DNA from: Squalus acanthias
Lineage: Eukaryota
Direction of reading: 5' to 3'
DNA: 64,000 bases
NCBI GenBank assembly: GCA_030390025.1
Contig: CM059434.1
Coordinates: 43,648,001 to 43,712,000 of the forward strand
The notes beneath the pieces were generated by a model. That model did no database searches, was not told the DNA's origin, and saw only the letters and a list, made by a program, of their open reading frames with translations. Positions 24,892 to 39,009 of the stretch are shown piece by piece. A program made the translations under genes and the position numbers. Numbering within the stretch: the stretch's first letter is position 1; every line of letters starts with the position of its first letter.

Positions 24892-26321
24892 AATAAGTAT
24901 AGATACAAGTAGTATAATTCAGTTAAAACCAATCTCTTACTTTTCAGTAAAGCACTCACTTCTTATCAGAAGGGAGAACCACATTATATATTTTCCAGTC
25001 AAACTCCTTATTTTGTATGACAGTCTCATCAACCCCACCCTTCCCGTCAAACCTCAAAGGGAAAACTTTGGTGACCATACCAGCTGTTGTTAGTGCAAAT
25101 TATGCAAATACAGTGGAAAATATAAATTTCCACAGCAAAACTCCAGCAAGAAGGTACAAATCGGGAGAATGGATATCATACAAAGAATAAGATGGCTGGG
25201 AGTGGGCTTATAAACTTTAGTGATATCAACCAAACCCTGAGAGTCAGCTTGTGCCTCCGAACATGCAAAGCCATATGTGACGTATCACATGAATTCTTCA
25301 CATGGAATTCTACATACGAAACACTGGTAGTATCAGGAATTTAAAATTCACTGGCAGTTTTAATTCACAAGGCACCAGGCTGCACCAAGGCCTTTCTGAA
25401 GGCACTTTTACTTTGACAGTTTGCTGTCGAAGGTGGATGCATGCTTCTCCTGTCATCCAGAGCATTGGCAAACATACATAAACCACCTGACCCCTGGAGA
25501 ACCAACCAGTCTTTTGTGGGACTTGCAATGTGGTGTTGTAGTAAATGTCTTCTCTTCAGGCCTGCTACATGTACTGAACCAGTTCTGTTCATCTGTATGC
25601 TTGTGTCATGTTGCCAACAAGCAGTTCCATGTCAATTCCCACGCCTACTCTGTGATCCATGACACAAAGTTCCATCATGCAAGATGTTTCAATGTACACT
25701 CTCACTCTGCATGTACAGAACAGCTAGCAAACGGAGTCATCACAATCCACTCTAAGTCTGCAGCAGCATGATATGACGGGATGCTCTGAGCAAGCTCTGA
25801 AGAGCTAGTTTCTGATTTTCAACTTAGTTTCCAATGGCCTTACTGGGAGAGCGGTGCCAGATGCCAACATAAATAAAGAAGAATGATACAGTGAGCTTCT
25901 TTTGGTATCACTTTTCCGGGATCCGATCGATAAGTTAAAAGGACTTTCTATAGGTCTGATCTCTCATTCATGCATTCTCTCTCTCTCTATTTTCCTCATT
26001 CTCTCTTTAATTTTATTGGAGTGCAGTTCCATTTTTTCACTTCCTCAAACTCCCAATTACAATTGTGGTCATTACACACCAAATATGCACACAGTCTATA
26101 GTCTGAGATTACCAACATCAACCAGCAGGCATTAACTCAATCACCAGCACTCCCCTCAAATCACTTCAATACCTACTGCTATTCCCACTACTGCTACAGA
26201 AAAAAATATATTCAAACTTTACTCCTCAATTAAACTGGTTCCAAATGATGGACTGTCACAAAAAAAACCACAAATGAGACAAAATGAAAAACCATAACAT
26301 TTCTAAATTAAAAAGGGAAAT

Positions 26322-26485
26322 TTCTAGAAATACGCAGCAAGTCAGTCATTATCTGAAATAGAAAGACAGCTTAATAGTTCTGGCAAGATCCAGAAATCAC
26401 GAGGAAGGGTCATACTCAAAACTTTAACCTGCCTTTCTCTCTAAAATATTCATCTACCTGCTACGCATTGTGTCATTTTTTTTTA
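26322..26485. mobile_element. Old, degraded inverted pair of Penelope pLTR ends
   Basis: The right half (gaggaagggtcatactcaaaactttaac...acctgct) resembles 6001-6095; the left half resembles its reverse complement. Confidence 0.55.
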
Positions 26486-26644
26486 ACAGTACTTTAAATT
26501 GCAAATTACTTTAAATTACAAAAGGAGTGCAGATTTCTGTGTTGGAACTTCTATGTAAACTCGGATTCCTATCTAGCGAGCCTGGGAGTATACCCTCACT
26601 AGAGTTACTCGGAAATATCACATTAATTTTGTGTCATGAACCAA

Positions 26645-27180
26645 AATGACACAGAATATACAGCACAGAAACAGGCCATTCTGTACAACAGGTCTAGAAT
26701 CATAGAATGGTTACAGCACAAAAGGAGGCCATTCGGCCCGTCGAGCCCGTGCCGGCTCTCTGCAAGAGCACTTCAGCTTAGTCCCACTCCCCGTCTGTGC
26801 CGGTGTTTATGCTCCACACGAGCCTCCTCCCACCTTACTTCATCTCACCCGATCACCATATCCTATTCTTTTCTCCTTCATGTATTTATCTAGCTTCCCC
26901 TTAAATGCATCTATCCTATTCACCTCAACCACTCCATGTGGGAGTGAGTTCCACATTTTCACCACTCTGACTAAAGAAGTTTCTCCTGAATTCCTTATTG
27001 GATTTATTAGTAACTGTCTTACTTTTATGGCCCCCTGTTTTGGACTCCCCAAGTGAAACATCTCTCTACGTCTACCCAATCGAACCACTTCATTTTAAAG
27101 ACCTCTATCAGGTCACCGCTCAGCCTTTCCTTTTCTGGAGAAATGAGCCCCAGCCTGTTCAGTCTTTCCTGATAGTTATG
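26645..27180 (-). mobile_element. CR1 3' fragment carrying a nested 97-bp tail of a second CR1 family (26696-26792)
   Basis: The host matches the copy at 44725-45135; the insert is near-identical to 19111-19209. Confidence 0.85.
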
Positions 27181-29659
27181 TGGAAATGAAGGTGTGTTTT
27201 CAAGTAATAGTTAACAACCAAACAACTCAAGATGATTGCAGACACAGTGATCATCAGATAGTTAAGGATAGATTGGCAGTGGATCCTTTTAGGTTTCACA
27301 AAAAAAAATTTGAATTTAAATAGAAAATGCTGTTATAGGAATTTAGATATATTGTCCTTGATTAAACAGGCACTCCAAAGGCATTTGATGAAGTAGGTTT
27401 TACACACTCCTGCAGTGTGTACTGACATGTCTGTATTATCTATAGTCACATGCGTGCCTGTGATATCTAAAACTATTCAATCATTTTGTGATTGCCAAAC
27501 AGACTCCAGTTGTTCTAACAATGTTTTAACCTCTTGAGTGCTGCATTTCCTACGCAGCATCACAATACAGCAATTTGCAAAATTAAGATTCTATCGGCAT
27601 ATAGTTAAAGCTGAATAATGCAGAGGTAAATGTACAGAGCTTCATAAACTGCTTTCCTAATATTACCTGAATAATCAAGAATAGCAGATACCTGCAACAC
27701 GGTGATCTGATCAAGAGATTCAGACGGTGCGATAAGTGTCAAAACTCACGAAGAATTGAAATCATGCTGTGCAATAGTAGGAACAAAAACAATAATGCAG
27801 CTACATGAAATTCCTTTGACCTCTGTTTTAATGAAAGCATTAAAATAGTGGACCAGGGAGTTTCATACAAACATTTCAATGCATTCATGACTAATATTGT
27901 ACAACACAATTTCAACCCCAATGGCTTTATAACCAGTGGTTAAAGTGGGCCGGAAAACTCTGGCATGGTTTCAAGGATTACAATTATACAGCATCATGAC
28001 CCACTTTAACCACCATGTTTTATAACTTTCACTTGAATCCTGAAATTGCATTACAGCCTTAAAATCACCACAAAGTATCCATCACTGTCACTATATTAAA
28101 AATTAATTGTTTTCGGATGGTGCACAGATTTGCTTCCATTTGATCAGTGCCGTGTTGTTGATGAACAACAGTATTTGCATAGGAGGATTAATGATTGTGA
28201 TGTCGCCCACAGTATATCCATTGAGAAATAACCTGCAGTAAAGTAATAGGAAACTCTATCCAATTTACATCGTGCAAGAGTAGCCCTCGGACACATTTTA
28301 CAGTATCGGGTCATAACCTTTAGGATAACTGTTTGTATTACTTATTTTGAATTAATATAGATGAGATTACAAGGAATATTCTTGTTCTTTTCATAAACTG
28401 CAAATGAGTGAGTGGTCCATTGACAGGTACAAATTGCTAGTAACTTAGGGTCAGGTAATGGGAATTTTTAGTTCAAGCATATATGTAAACAAGGATGCTT
28501 GACAGGCACATTATGCATTTGATAAGTCTTTGCGAGTATAATTTACTTTAGAATTTGATTTACAGCGTGTGTTTTCACTGTGGTAACACTGCTGGAATTT
28601 TTTTTTTGAACAGTTCCTCACTGGGACCATAAATATAAATGTCCTTAAAACTGTAGTACCTAATCACACCTGTCTAAAGCAGGCCCGCACTTGAAGCAGT
28701 TGAGATATGCAGCCAAACACCAAACCTCTTCACTTGATCTTTGACTATGTCTTTGTGCCATAGCAGACAGGCTGTCACAAAGGAATCCACTGTGTGAAAT
28801 CGGCTCCTGCAAAGAATTAGCGCTCACGCAAACATTGTCTGTTCAGCTTCAGGAAACAATGTAATGAGAGAAGAGGGAAATTTAAAGAATATAAACAAAT
28901 ATACTTCGAAGAAAATGATTTAATCTGAGTTTTGGATACAAGTGACCTCTTTTCATTGCTGTGGTTATGTTGCAGGTATCTTTTCGTACTGAAACATGTA
29001 TTTAAGTAGCGTATGCTAACAGCAGTGAATTATATTACATTGCCCTCTGTCAGTAGAAAGCAAAGCTCTGCATAAATCTACTTAGATGTATATGTAGAGT
29101 TCTGCTCCGGACCTCTGATCAGTGGTGAAGTTCCTAACAGGATAGTCACCTCTTTTCTAACATTAGCGATTTAAAGTTGGTCCGGGGCTCTTTCTCTTTC
29201 AAACTCTTAAGCCTAGATCTGCCATTGGTGTAGTTTAGATCCGAATGGCTCCCAATTTTCCGAGGTTAGTTAATATGCATAGCTTTATAGCATAAAACTG
29301 ATGTAATTAAAATTTAAAGAGAAGGGATCAATTAAAGAGGTGTGTTAAAATTGGGAGGGTGGTGGAGGGGGGGAATTTTGAATGCCTTTGAAAAGTCTCA
29401 GAAGGCCTTTCAATCTATTAGCAGCCTTTGTCAAGGAGGGAGAGGGACAAGACTAAGAAGTGATAGGTACAAATGAAGGGGAAGGAAACACAAGGTGCAA
29501 GCACGAGTCAAGAGAAGTGATGGAACAGCCCAGCACCTGACCCTTTGGGGTAGTGGAGGTGGTGCCTCATGAGGTACTTGTGAGGAGGTTTGCCAGCTAT
29601 GTCACTCCACAGCACCAACCCCACAGGTGAGCATTGCATCATGCCTGAAGGAGGTGGAG

Positions 29660-29835
29660 CCAACTGGTTCACTAATCTCTTTCAGGGAAGGAAATCTGCC
29701 ACCCATACTCAGTCTGGCCTACATGTGACTCAAGTCCCACACTATGTGGTTGATTCTTAATGCCCTCAGGGAAACTAGGGATAGGCAATAAATACTGTAC
29801 TGTCTTGACCACACCCCAAGACCAGATAACAAAAA
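29660..29835 (+). mobile_element. 3' end of a non-LTR retroposon (SINE or LINE tail) with AATAAA and an A-rich end
   Basis: ggttcactaat...agggaaggaaatctgcc...gtctggcctacatgtgactc...ggcaataaata is a repeat end I recognise from shark DNA; family name uncertain. Confidence 0.55.
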
Positions 29836-32800
29836 CACCTAAGCTCACAGAAAATGCCTAACTGACACCAATTAGGCTACAGTTAAACTGCTCATCATGC
29901 ATCATAACTGCACAGTGAGACACTGAGCTAGATTTTGTGCACCCTCTCTGCACAATTTCCGTTGGATTTGGGGCAGATAGGAGCAGAAAATGCAGCAAGA
30001 AGCCATTCCAATAGTTCCCTGGCATCCTCTGCCATTTCCAAGATCTTCCATTAGAAGTGACTGTGGATGTTGAGTACGTCCACCCATATATGGGCAGGCG
30101 CATTCAGATGATAGGTTGATGATGGGAACACGTCATGCAATGTACTTCCCATAATTAGCACCCATTTAATACTGGGTGTCAATCTGCTGCTGCTAAGGCA
30201 GCTGGTGCAGAGGTGGGGGGCTTTAAAAATGAAAGGGCTACCTTGCCTAGACAAAGTGTGCTTTTTAAAGAAGTCATTCTTTCTGCACCCCTGGGGTGGT
30301 GCTGCCACCAGAGGTGGGCAACCTGGGCAGCACTGGAAATAACCCCAACCACCCGCAGCAAAATCTAAATGACCCTGACCCCGGGTAAATTGGCTGGGAT
30401 CAGAGCACAGGAGACTGAGTGGGTACAAAGTCAACCCTGACGCCAATCTCTCAGGATTCCTGCCAGATTAGAAAATCTAGGCCGTAATGATTTGTGCTAT
30501 GTTTATTGGCCTAGTTTGTATCTGGATTCTGGGTGACCAGTGTCTATGAGCTGGCTCCTGGTGTTTGCACTGCTAAATCCAACTGTTTTTGTCCTTGTGA
30601 CAGGCTGGCAGACACACAAAGAACTGGGTTTCATAAAGTCAGCTGCTGGGATAAAGGAGCCAGATGTAACATTGTTAACACCTGGAGCTGGCTCACTCAC
30701 AGGCACTGAACTCGCAGAATACAAGTTAAAACGTCACCGGTATAATAAAACAGCTTTGGATGGGCAGGAGTCACTGGATAGTAATCAAGAGGAGGAACCC
30801 TCCCTAACTGTCCCCTCTCAAGCCCAGCAGCACTGCGATTAGTTGCAGAGTCCCGGTTGCTGCTCCAGCAGTGTTCATCTAACTCAGCACAGAGTGGCGA
30901 TGGAACCTCGGGCTTTCCTGGTGCTTACGGCTGGGTATCACGCCAAGCTGTGCATTCACTCGTGAAGTTGTTGGAGAGCTTTGTTTTTTTACAGCAGAAG
31001 TTGATGACCTCTCTATTTAAACCCCATCACACTGCATTAGAACATTCACTTTCTTGATTTTCCTTTAGCGGTGTGCATCTCCTGTTCATCAAAACAGCAC
31101 GAGTGCTAAAGTTATATTCCAATGCTAGTAAAAGTAGGAATCATCATCTGATGACTGCGGCATAATTCTCATCCATCCACTTCAGTATTGAACTTTTTTT
31201 TTAAAAAAAAGCACAACACAGCTTTTTTTCCTCCTAAGGGTGATTCACTTTGAACGATGTGTTGTGCACATTTGATTTGTAACCATCTCAAATTATAGCT
31301 GTTGTGGCCCAATAAAAGTAATAGCATTTCTTTTAAGTGACAATATATCATTTACAAAGCTTCAGTATAATTTTACCTTCGAGCCAAAGTCCAATTTATG
31401 TTATTTATTTATATTTTGATTTAAGGATTTACTTTTCAAAAGCTTTCAGATTGCAGTCTTTAAAAAATCCCACACAAACATGCTTAATCAGCTTCAATTT
31501 GAATCATAATATAACATTTAGAGATGACAGAAAGCAGTAATTAGGAATTAAAATATTGATTAATAAAGAGTGGAATTTTCAAACAGTCGGCATGCAATTG
31601 AGGGGTAGCAAACTGCTCCCTAAGTAATTAACTTGGCATCTTTAGATTATGTAAAAGTTATCGCTAATTGGGCTCTATTTTTGCCATTCACTGTTCCTAA
31701 GGGTCACTCCACTGTCTAAATGGCCTACTAAAATTATAGATTTGAAAGCTGATGTTAAATGAACTACCCAAAGTCAAACTGACCCATAGAGAACAGTAAA
31801 GTTCCATTTTTGGTCCTTGATTCATGCTGAGTTAGTTGATCTCCACCTGGGTGGTACCAGGTCATCATAATTGGGAAGGAGGAGAAAACAAAATCAGCCA
31901 GAGTTCCCAGTCTTAATTGTTGCCCAGTGACCCCTGTATGAAAGTGTGTGTGTTTATCAAAATTATGGAGTGAGCACTGAATCAGGATTGGATGTGATGG
32001 CTCTCATAATTGAACAGCTTGCTACCACTTATTACCCAGATCCACGGTGAAGATACACCACTTGAGAAAGATCCCAGAAGGTGGCTGTCAGCTGTAAAAG
32101 CTGTGTGAGTCAGCACCTTCAGGACAGAAGAGGGGAGCAACTTTGGATTTTATAAAGAGAGAACAATTATGGGATTGCAATGAAGCAAGTCAGATAATAT
32201 TTTATCCATACCACATAGGAGGCCAAGAAAGAAACCACACTGTGTTTTCGAACAACTAGGCACTCGTTGAATGCTGTGCAATAATATTTCCTCATTGTTA
32301 CGTTTAGAGGATAAAAAGAAACCTTTTGGTTTCGCAAGTTTGCCTTCTAAACTGGAATCAACTACCGTGATTGTTGAGAATGTTAAAGAATTCCCTCCAT
32401 ATGAATTCTTAGACAGAGGAAATTTGAACCATCAATTCAAACCTGAAGAAAAAAAATAGACTTATTATTGCCAAGTCCATATGGAGTCAATTCTATCGTA
32501 ATGGATAATCAGTCCCTTTTTAAATTTGTCTAATATTGTTGCAAACCACGTTCGGATTAGTCCATTTCCTGCTTAGATGTCTTGTGTTCTTGCCTCCACC
32601 CCCTCCTGACAAAGTAAGCTAAAACAAACACACGACCAGGGCAGCGTAGGAGCTGCAAACCCGCCACATGTGAGAGAACAAAAGGCCTCACTGAAGCTTT
32701 TGTGGTATCTGCTAATGTTTTACATCTGAGTATTTAAAAAAAAAGACCTAAACGATTGTGGGGTGAATTGATGCGTGGGACTCACGGTTGATTGAAAATA

Positions 32801-33524
32801 AAGGAAAATCTTACTCTTCCCTTTTGACCACGGTCAATCCGTGCGATAACTGTTTCACAGTTTCACCTACACGCTATCTAAAGTTTAAATTCTTCTCCAG
32901 AAATATTTATCTTTGTTCCCGGTGTAACTTTCAACATTTACTGTTTCTTGCCTTTTCTTTCTAAACTACCATGGTGACTGTTACAAATATTTATGCATGA
33001 CAAATATTGGCGCAGGAGGAATTGTTTTTCTTTGCAGTTACAGATGAGAAGCACAAAAGTAGACGTTGCTTTGTCATGCAAACACTACCCACAGTTTACA
33101 CCTAAATGTTGCAGGAGGTTAAACAAATTACATTACAGTTGTAGTTTGCTCTGAATAGTTTACAGCCTTGCTTCAGCCTAACCGAATGTGCAGCATTTTC
33201 ACTCAATTGTCTATCGAATGGATTCAGGAGCAGCAATTCGGCAAAACAGGAACATTAAAACTTCATCGCTGGCTGTATCCACTGGGAAAATTGTTAAGAA
33301 TTGTCTGCACAATGTATAAAATTAGTCAAAAAAACGCTCGCAAAATTCACACCCTGGGAATAATTTTGACTTTGATCGATAGTGTAAAACGTATGATATC
33401 GAAGTCAATCGAAATGGAAATCGGGAGCGGTGTTTAACAGGCGGCCGAGCCGATATTGTCCATTTCACGCTGTTATCCGCTGAGTGAGACAGAGAGGGAG
33501 AGACACACCGATAAAGACAAGGAT

Positions 33525-33817
33525 GTCACAGAATCCCCACAGTGCAGATAGAGGCCATTTCGGCCCATCGAGCCTGCACCGACACATATCCCACCCTATC
33601 CCCATAACCCCACATATTTAATCCCCCCTAACACTAAGGGTCAATTTAACATAGCCAAATCAACCTAACCCGCACATCTTTGGACTGTGGGAGGAAACCC
33701 AGGCAGACACGGGGAGAATGTGCAAACTCCACACAGACAGTCATCCGAGGCCGGATTCGAACCCTGGTCCCTGGCGCTGTGAGGCAACAGTGCTAACCAC
33801 TATGCCAACATGTTGCA
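33525..33817 (-). mobile_element. HE1-like V-SINE (tRNA head, V domain, CR1-derived tail)
   Basis: Minus strand: A box TGGCATAGTGG, B box GGTTCGAATCC, V domain TGTGTGGAGTTTGCACATTCTCCCCGTGTCTGC...TCCCACAGTCCAAAGA, tail GGGCCGAAATGGCCT...GATTCTGTGA. Confidence 0.9.
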
Positions 33818-36783
33818 CCGATGTGCGAGAGAGGCATGCACAAGACAGAAAGATATACCAGGTGCGAGAAACCAATACAAGGAGAGAGACACAAGGAAAG
33901 AGAGCTATACAAACAAGACAGAGAGATGCAAATATGCACAAAAAGTGAGAAGAACACACATACATTTGCGCAAAGCGTGATACGCAAACATACACCAATC
34001 AATACCCATACACACACAAAAAGGAGCAGATGGACAGAAAAAGTTGAGGACACAGATACAGATGCAGGCAGATGTAAAGGATCAATGTGCAACATTGCTA
34101 ACAATGGCAGCCCCAGCTTTGGGGCCAGTGTTATAAAGAACATGAGGTAGCACCTTTGTCTCTGGAGATGCTGATACCCACCTAAGGAGATGGTTTATGC
34201 CAGCAGCCCTGAAAGCAGCAGATGTTCCAGCCACAAATATAAATGCTACCACCAGAGGGAGAGACTGCTATCTTCTCCGGCCTCACGTGGGCTGAGCGTT
34301 CAGCCTGCCCATGTGGGCCAGTGATGTGGTTTCCCGTTCACTGATCTGTATCAATCAGAAGGCCCGGCTGCCAAAATATGAAGTCATGATTTGTGACTTT
34401 AAAACAACTGTGCAGGTGTAGTTGCTTGTGTTATTGCTCCAGTCCCAGAGAGGCAATTTCAGGCAATGTGCTGGTGTCAGAACCTCCAAATGATCTTAGT
34501 TAGAACTCCAAACATACTTTTATTTGAAGATTGTGGAGTTGAGGAGCTTTATAAAGAGAACAAGCCGTTTAAACAGGGCACAGATAAACAGGACATCCAC
34601 TTTTCTGGGAGGACCTGCTGCATGCCGATATCCCTCTATGATTTCTAACGGACCAATCCACTGGTTCAGCAGGATGGCCAAACTCAGTTCGTCCAGTTAG
34701 GTGGGATGATTGTGCTTCAGTCAGCTGAGAAACTCAACTCGGTTCTTGGCTTGAACAGCCGAGTCTCACAGCTGACGCTTCAGTTTGCGCAACTCCAACT
34801 CAGCAATCCCCTCCCCCTGTTGGCTTTACAGTCAGCTGTGAGACTCAGACGCTCACATACAATGCAAAACAGACTAACGTGGCAGCTAACTGAAATGCTA
34901 GTCAGCTGCGACTTCTGTTTGGAGCGATGATCGGTTAATTAGAAAGGAGCAGCTTTCCCGATTAAATGGCTTCTACTGCATTACAACACAGTAGGCTTTT
35001 TCTTTTTGTCCATTAGAGTTCGTACCCTCTGCTCCCTCCACCAAGTGACACCATTACGTTTGGTGAGTTTTCCTTTGCAGATTTGTATCCCATCTCAAGG
35101 CGAGCAGGGAAGTTCTTGCTTCTTCTTCCCTCTCAGCGTCTGCACAACACCAGAGAAAGGAGTAAGACCGGTGGAGGACAACCCAAACTCATGGTGCTGT
35201 CAGAGCTGGAGCAGCAACTGCTGAAAATCAGTGGCCCCTCCAGTCCCTGTCTTAAAAGGTTTACTAACTTGACCACTCCTACGGGGTGTCCTCCCTTAAT
35301 GGCTTCAGCACAGTTGGTGGAAGGTTTCTGATATTCATGTGAGGTGCTTTTAGCCAGCGGCTTCTGGGAGATCAAGCCTCTGAGGGCCTGGCTGCAGACT
35401 GCCGCATTTGGCTTCTCCCGAGCCAGTCAGGCCCAGCTGGCTTTCTGTTAACATGGTTGGCATTGGTTGAGGAGGTGGCGAGGAAGAAGACATGCTGGCA
35501 TCCTGCGAAATGTTGACGGGTGTCGCTCCCGCCCAGTTAGAAATGCGTTGGGGTCCAAATGATGTCGCCAGCTCCTATTTGAATTTACTGATGAGGCATT
35601 CGCCTGTTTCTGGTGAGTGTGTTTCTGATCTGAATCAGCTCTGGAGTTAAAATGGGCATTGGTGGGAATGGGGTGGTAAGTCGATTTTTGCAATTTTAAC
35701 TGCTCACCTGTCCCGTTTCGCTGGTTAAAATCAGGGCCTATGTCTTTAAAAAGGGACTGAATGAATTATGTATGTGCATCCTGGTCCAATTTTCCTCGCC
35801 CACTATATCTACATTACCTGAAAACTACACTTGGCAACACCATGAGAGATTGACTTGTTTTTATGTCAATAAGATCATATTAGAATTGATGGGTTATTGG
35901 CAATTTTCTTTGGAAGAATTTATCCAATTAGTTGGATTTGAGAAGAATGTGGAACTCGTTGCCATTTTATTCTTGGGCCCAGACCTTTTGCTTCTTTCCA
36001 CCCAATTTGGGGCAGTTTCGGGATGTACAGGGAATTTAGAAGTATGAATCCACTGGACAACCAGGAAACACATTACTCCCAAAGGCCCTAAGGGAAGTTA
36101 ACACACTGCCATCCCCACAAAACCACCAGATTACCCCAACAAATTCCCAACACATGACCTCCATAGAGCGCAGACACATTAATCTCCACCAGCATTTAAA
36201 CCACCAGAAAACTCAGTTGCCTGTTCCCCCTCTAAACTGCTGGGGAACTCTGATGGATGTACAGACCATGACATTCCAGGGACTGGGTGGACGTAGGCAG
36301 GAGGATCACCATTTGGGAGGGTGGGGCCATAATTTGGGGCAGAACCTAGATTCGCCGCCCCCCCCAAGATCTTAGAACTGCTTTGGGGGTATGTCTTGAG
36401 GAGTGCCGATTCAAGTTTCTTAAGTTGTGTTGATCTGAGATCAGATGGCACGTGTGTGAACTCATCTGGGCACATCTGGAAATATCCCAAATAGAATCAA
36501 ATAATTTCAATTTACATTTTTAAATGTGAAATGATCCTGCGATTACTGTCCATAGCATTATTTGCTTTTCTAAAATGCTTACAATGAATGGCAGCATTAA
36601 GTGTGGAGTTAATTAGAATTACAATGTGTAGGCTGCTGATGATACTCAAGGAAAAAGGGTGAAAAAAGAAAAAAGGTGAAGCTGATGTAAAAGTACCAAC
36701 ATTAAAGCATACATTTAACTGACTTTATTTGACTAGTCATTGAACGAGTAAGCTTTTGTTACATCTCAGGGTCACCCACTCAC

Positions 36784-36892
36784 CTTCTGCGTCTTCTGGC
36801 CTTGTGAGGTCAATAACCCCTGGACCAACCTTCACATCTTCCCCTGTTTTTCCTGTCAGCTGTTGTGCAAGATTCTCAAAGGGCACCCGTTC
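36784..36892 (-). CDS. SOX6: SOX6 coding exon (109 bp): [36 protein letters not shown]
   Basis: Acceptor ctctgtgcAG|GAA and donor GAAG|gtgagt; [14 protein letters not shown] is characteristic of SOX6. Confidence 0.92.
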
Positions 36893-39009
36893 CTGCACAG
36901 AGAGAACCAAAAATCTGTTAGTTTCTTGTGTGACAGTCACTCTGTCAATCTTGGCAGAGCTAAGTGCTGCTGGATCGGCATCCAGCCTTTATCAGTTATT
37001 CAGCCATCTTTTTTTACCCTCAAGGAACCTGACTTGTGTTTTACTTCTTACCCTGCTGTTTCAAGCTCAAATGAGATAACGTAACAGCTTGTAGTATTTC
37101 AGCACGAGGAGAACCTGTCGATGTGCCCTGTATAAGTATGAAACAATATTAAATGTCACATCTGCTTACATTTGGAGCAGTAAAATAGCAGCTCTGGGAG
37201 CTGAAAATTTGGTGAATGATTCTCTCTACCATGGGTTATGTATTATACAAGGCCAGAATATTGCCTGCTGTTCAAACTATTGTTGAAAGGCAAAAATGCA
37301 AACTGTCTCATTCACAAGAATACAGACTTGGAAAGATACCTGGTATAAACTGTGGTCTGCTTTATGACTGGGCTATGAAGTGCTGGGAAGTGTATGGCGC
37401 AGGTCAGACTGAAAGGCCACTGTTTCCAATTTAGAATGATTTTATCTGGCTCTTTAGCTGAAAGCTGGAACCAACTATAGACCAATGAAAGTCTTCCTTC
37501 AGAACTGCCTCTGGAGTAAGCTCATGAGCCCATCTGTGATCAAGTCACCATTGGTCAAATCTGAAAACAGACTGACTTTCCAGCCATTTCCATCCTACTA
37601 CAGGAGCACTGCTTATCACAATCTGCATATACCGCCTTAAATTAAAAGCATTTAGAAGATTAAAGGCAACTCAGAAATGTAGAAGTGTAGGTGGATTAAT
37701 TGGGTATGGTCGAGACAGAGTCAAGAAACATCACCTGGAATGGATGACAATGGAATACTTGGACCTTTTTTATTTTTCCAGTGTTTTTTTTAATATCTGT
37801 TCATTCATGCTATTGTTGCAGAACAGATGGTTTTCCAATTTGATAAAGCCGTGTTTATGGTCTCCCATAGTCAGAGTACCCAATTAATGCCACATTATGG
37901 ATAGGTGTTATTTTGTTGATGCCTGTCCATTAAGGAACTAAATAGAGAGTGTCTTAACTTAAAACCCTTAACAATTACAATGAGAGGAAACTCCCATCCC
38001 TGCTGTCTAAACTAGAGTAAAACCTAGATCCATGCAAGGTCCCCGAGATGAAAGAACAGAGTTCGATCTCACCATGGCACACACGATCTGTAACCTGATA
38101 CATTTCCTTCTGTGTGTCACACAATGTATGAATTTTCTTATTAGTGTGCACCATGTTTTCTTTGGTTAACAATAGGAAACAAAGGAAAATACCCCCTCCT
38201 AGAATTAGATAATGCTATCTTGACCAGAATAACGATTCCAGCTTAACTTCACTCCCTCGTACTCAGTGCACAGCAACTTCTTTCAGTCTCTCACTGTTTC
38301 TGAAAGACATCTCAAATCCTTTCGGCAATATCAAACAGATTTTGACCATCCTGGCTCTCGAATGGCACACTGCTCCAGTTCAGTCTGTACTGCTTCCTTA
38401 CCTCCACACAATCAATGGCATTCTTTCTGAAGCACACGCCTAACAGATTTAGTTCAACAAATGATTTCTCCTCTTCCCTTGCACACACTTTGCATTTACA
38501 GTTCTGGGCCTTTGCCAGTGTGCTCTTGAATCAGCTGCTAAGACCCAAGTGAGTGGCCAGCAATTTTCCTGGTCTACTGTGGGGACGTGCCATGCCTCTG
38601 CTTGCACTTCACCCAGTGACACAGCTGACACTGGGCCATATGGAAACTCACAAGCACAAGACCATGCCTTATTCCTTCATTGCAGTGGATGTTCATTCTT
38701 AATAGTTGTCAGCAGTGTACAGTGTCACACAATAACTTATAAACTCAAATATTTTTACTGGGATCTACTGTGTGCTCAAAAGGATATCTCGCCAATTACA
38801 TGAAGTTCTAAGCAGTCTTTCAGTTGGACAAGAGACTCCGGGTTAGAACAGTGTAACATTTTGATATCCAAGAGATTTCCTTTTTCTAATTCCCGCACTT
38901 AACAGGGGCACAACTTAATAAGAGCACACATAAAGCTCACTGCAGCATCAAATTTATTTAGAAAAATGTAGTTTTATACTTACAATAATAGGATAGCTTG
39001 GAACTGCTT

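Noticed and set aside
33745-33817. tRNA genes here and at about 59735 and 63455
   Set aside because: A and B boxes run directly into SINE bodies and no full cloverleaf is evident.
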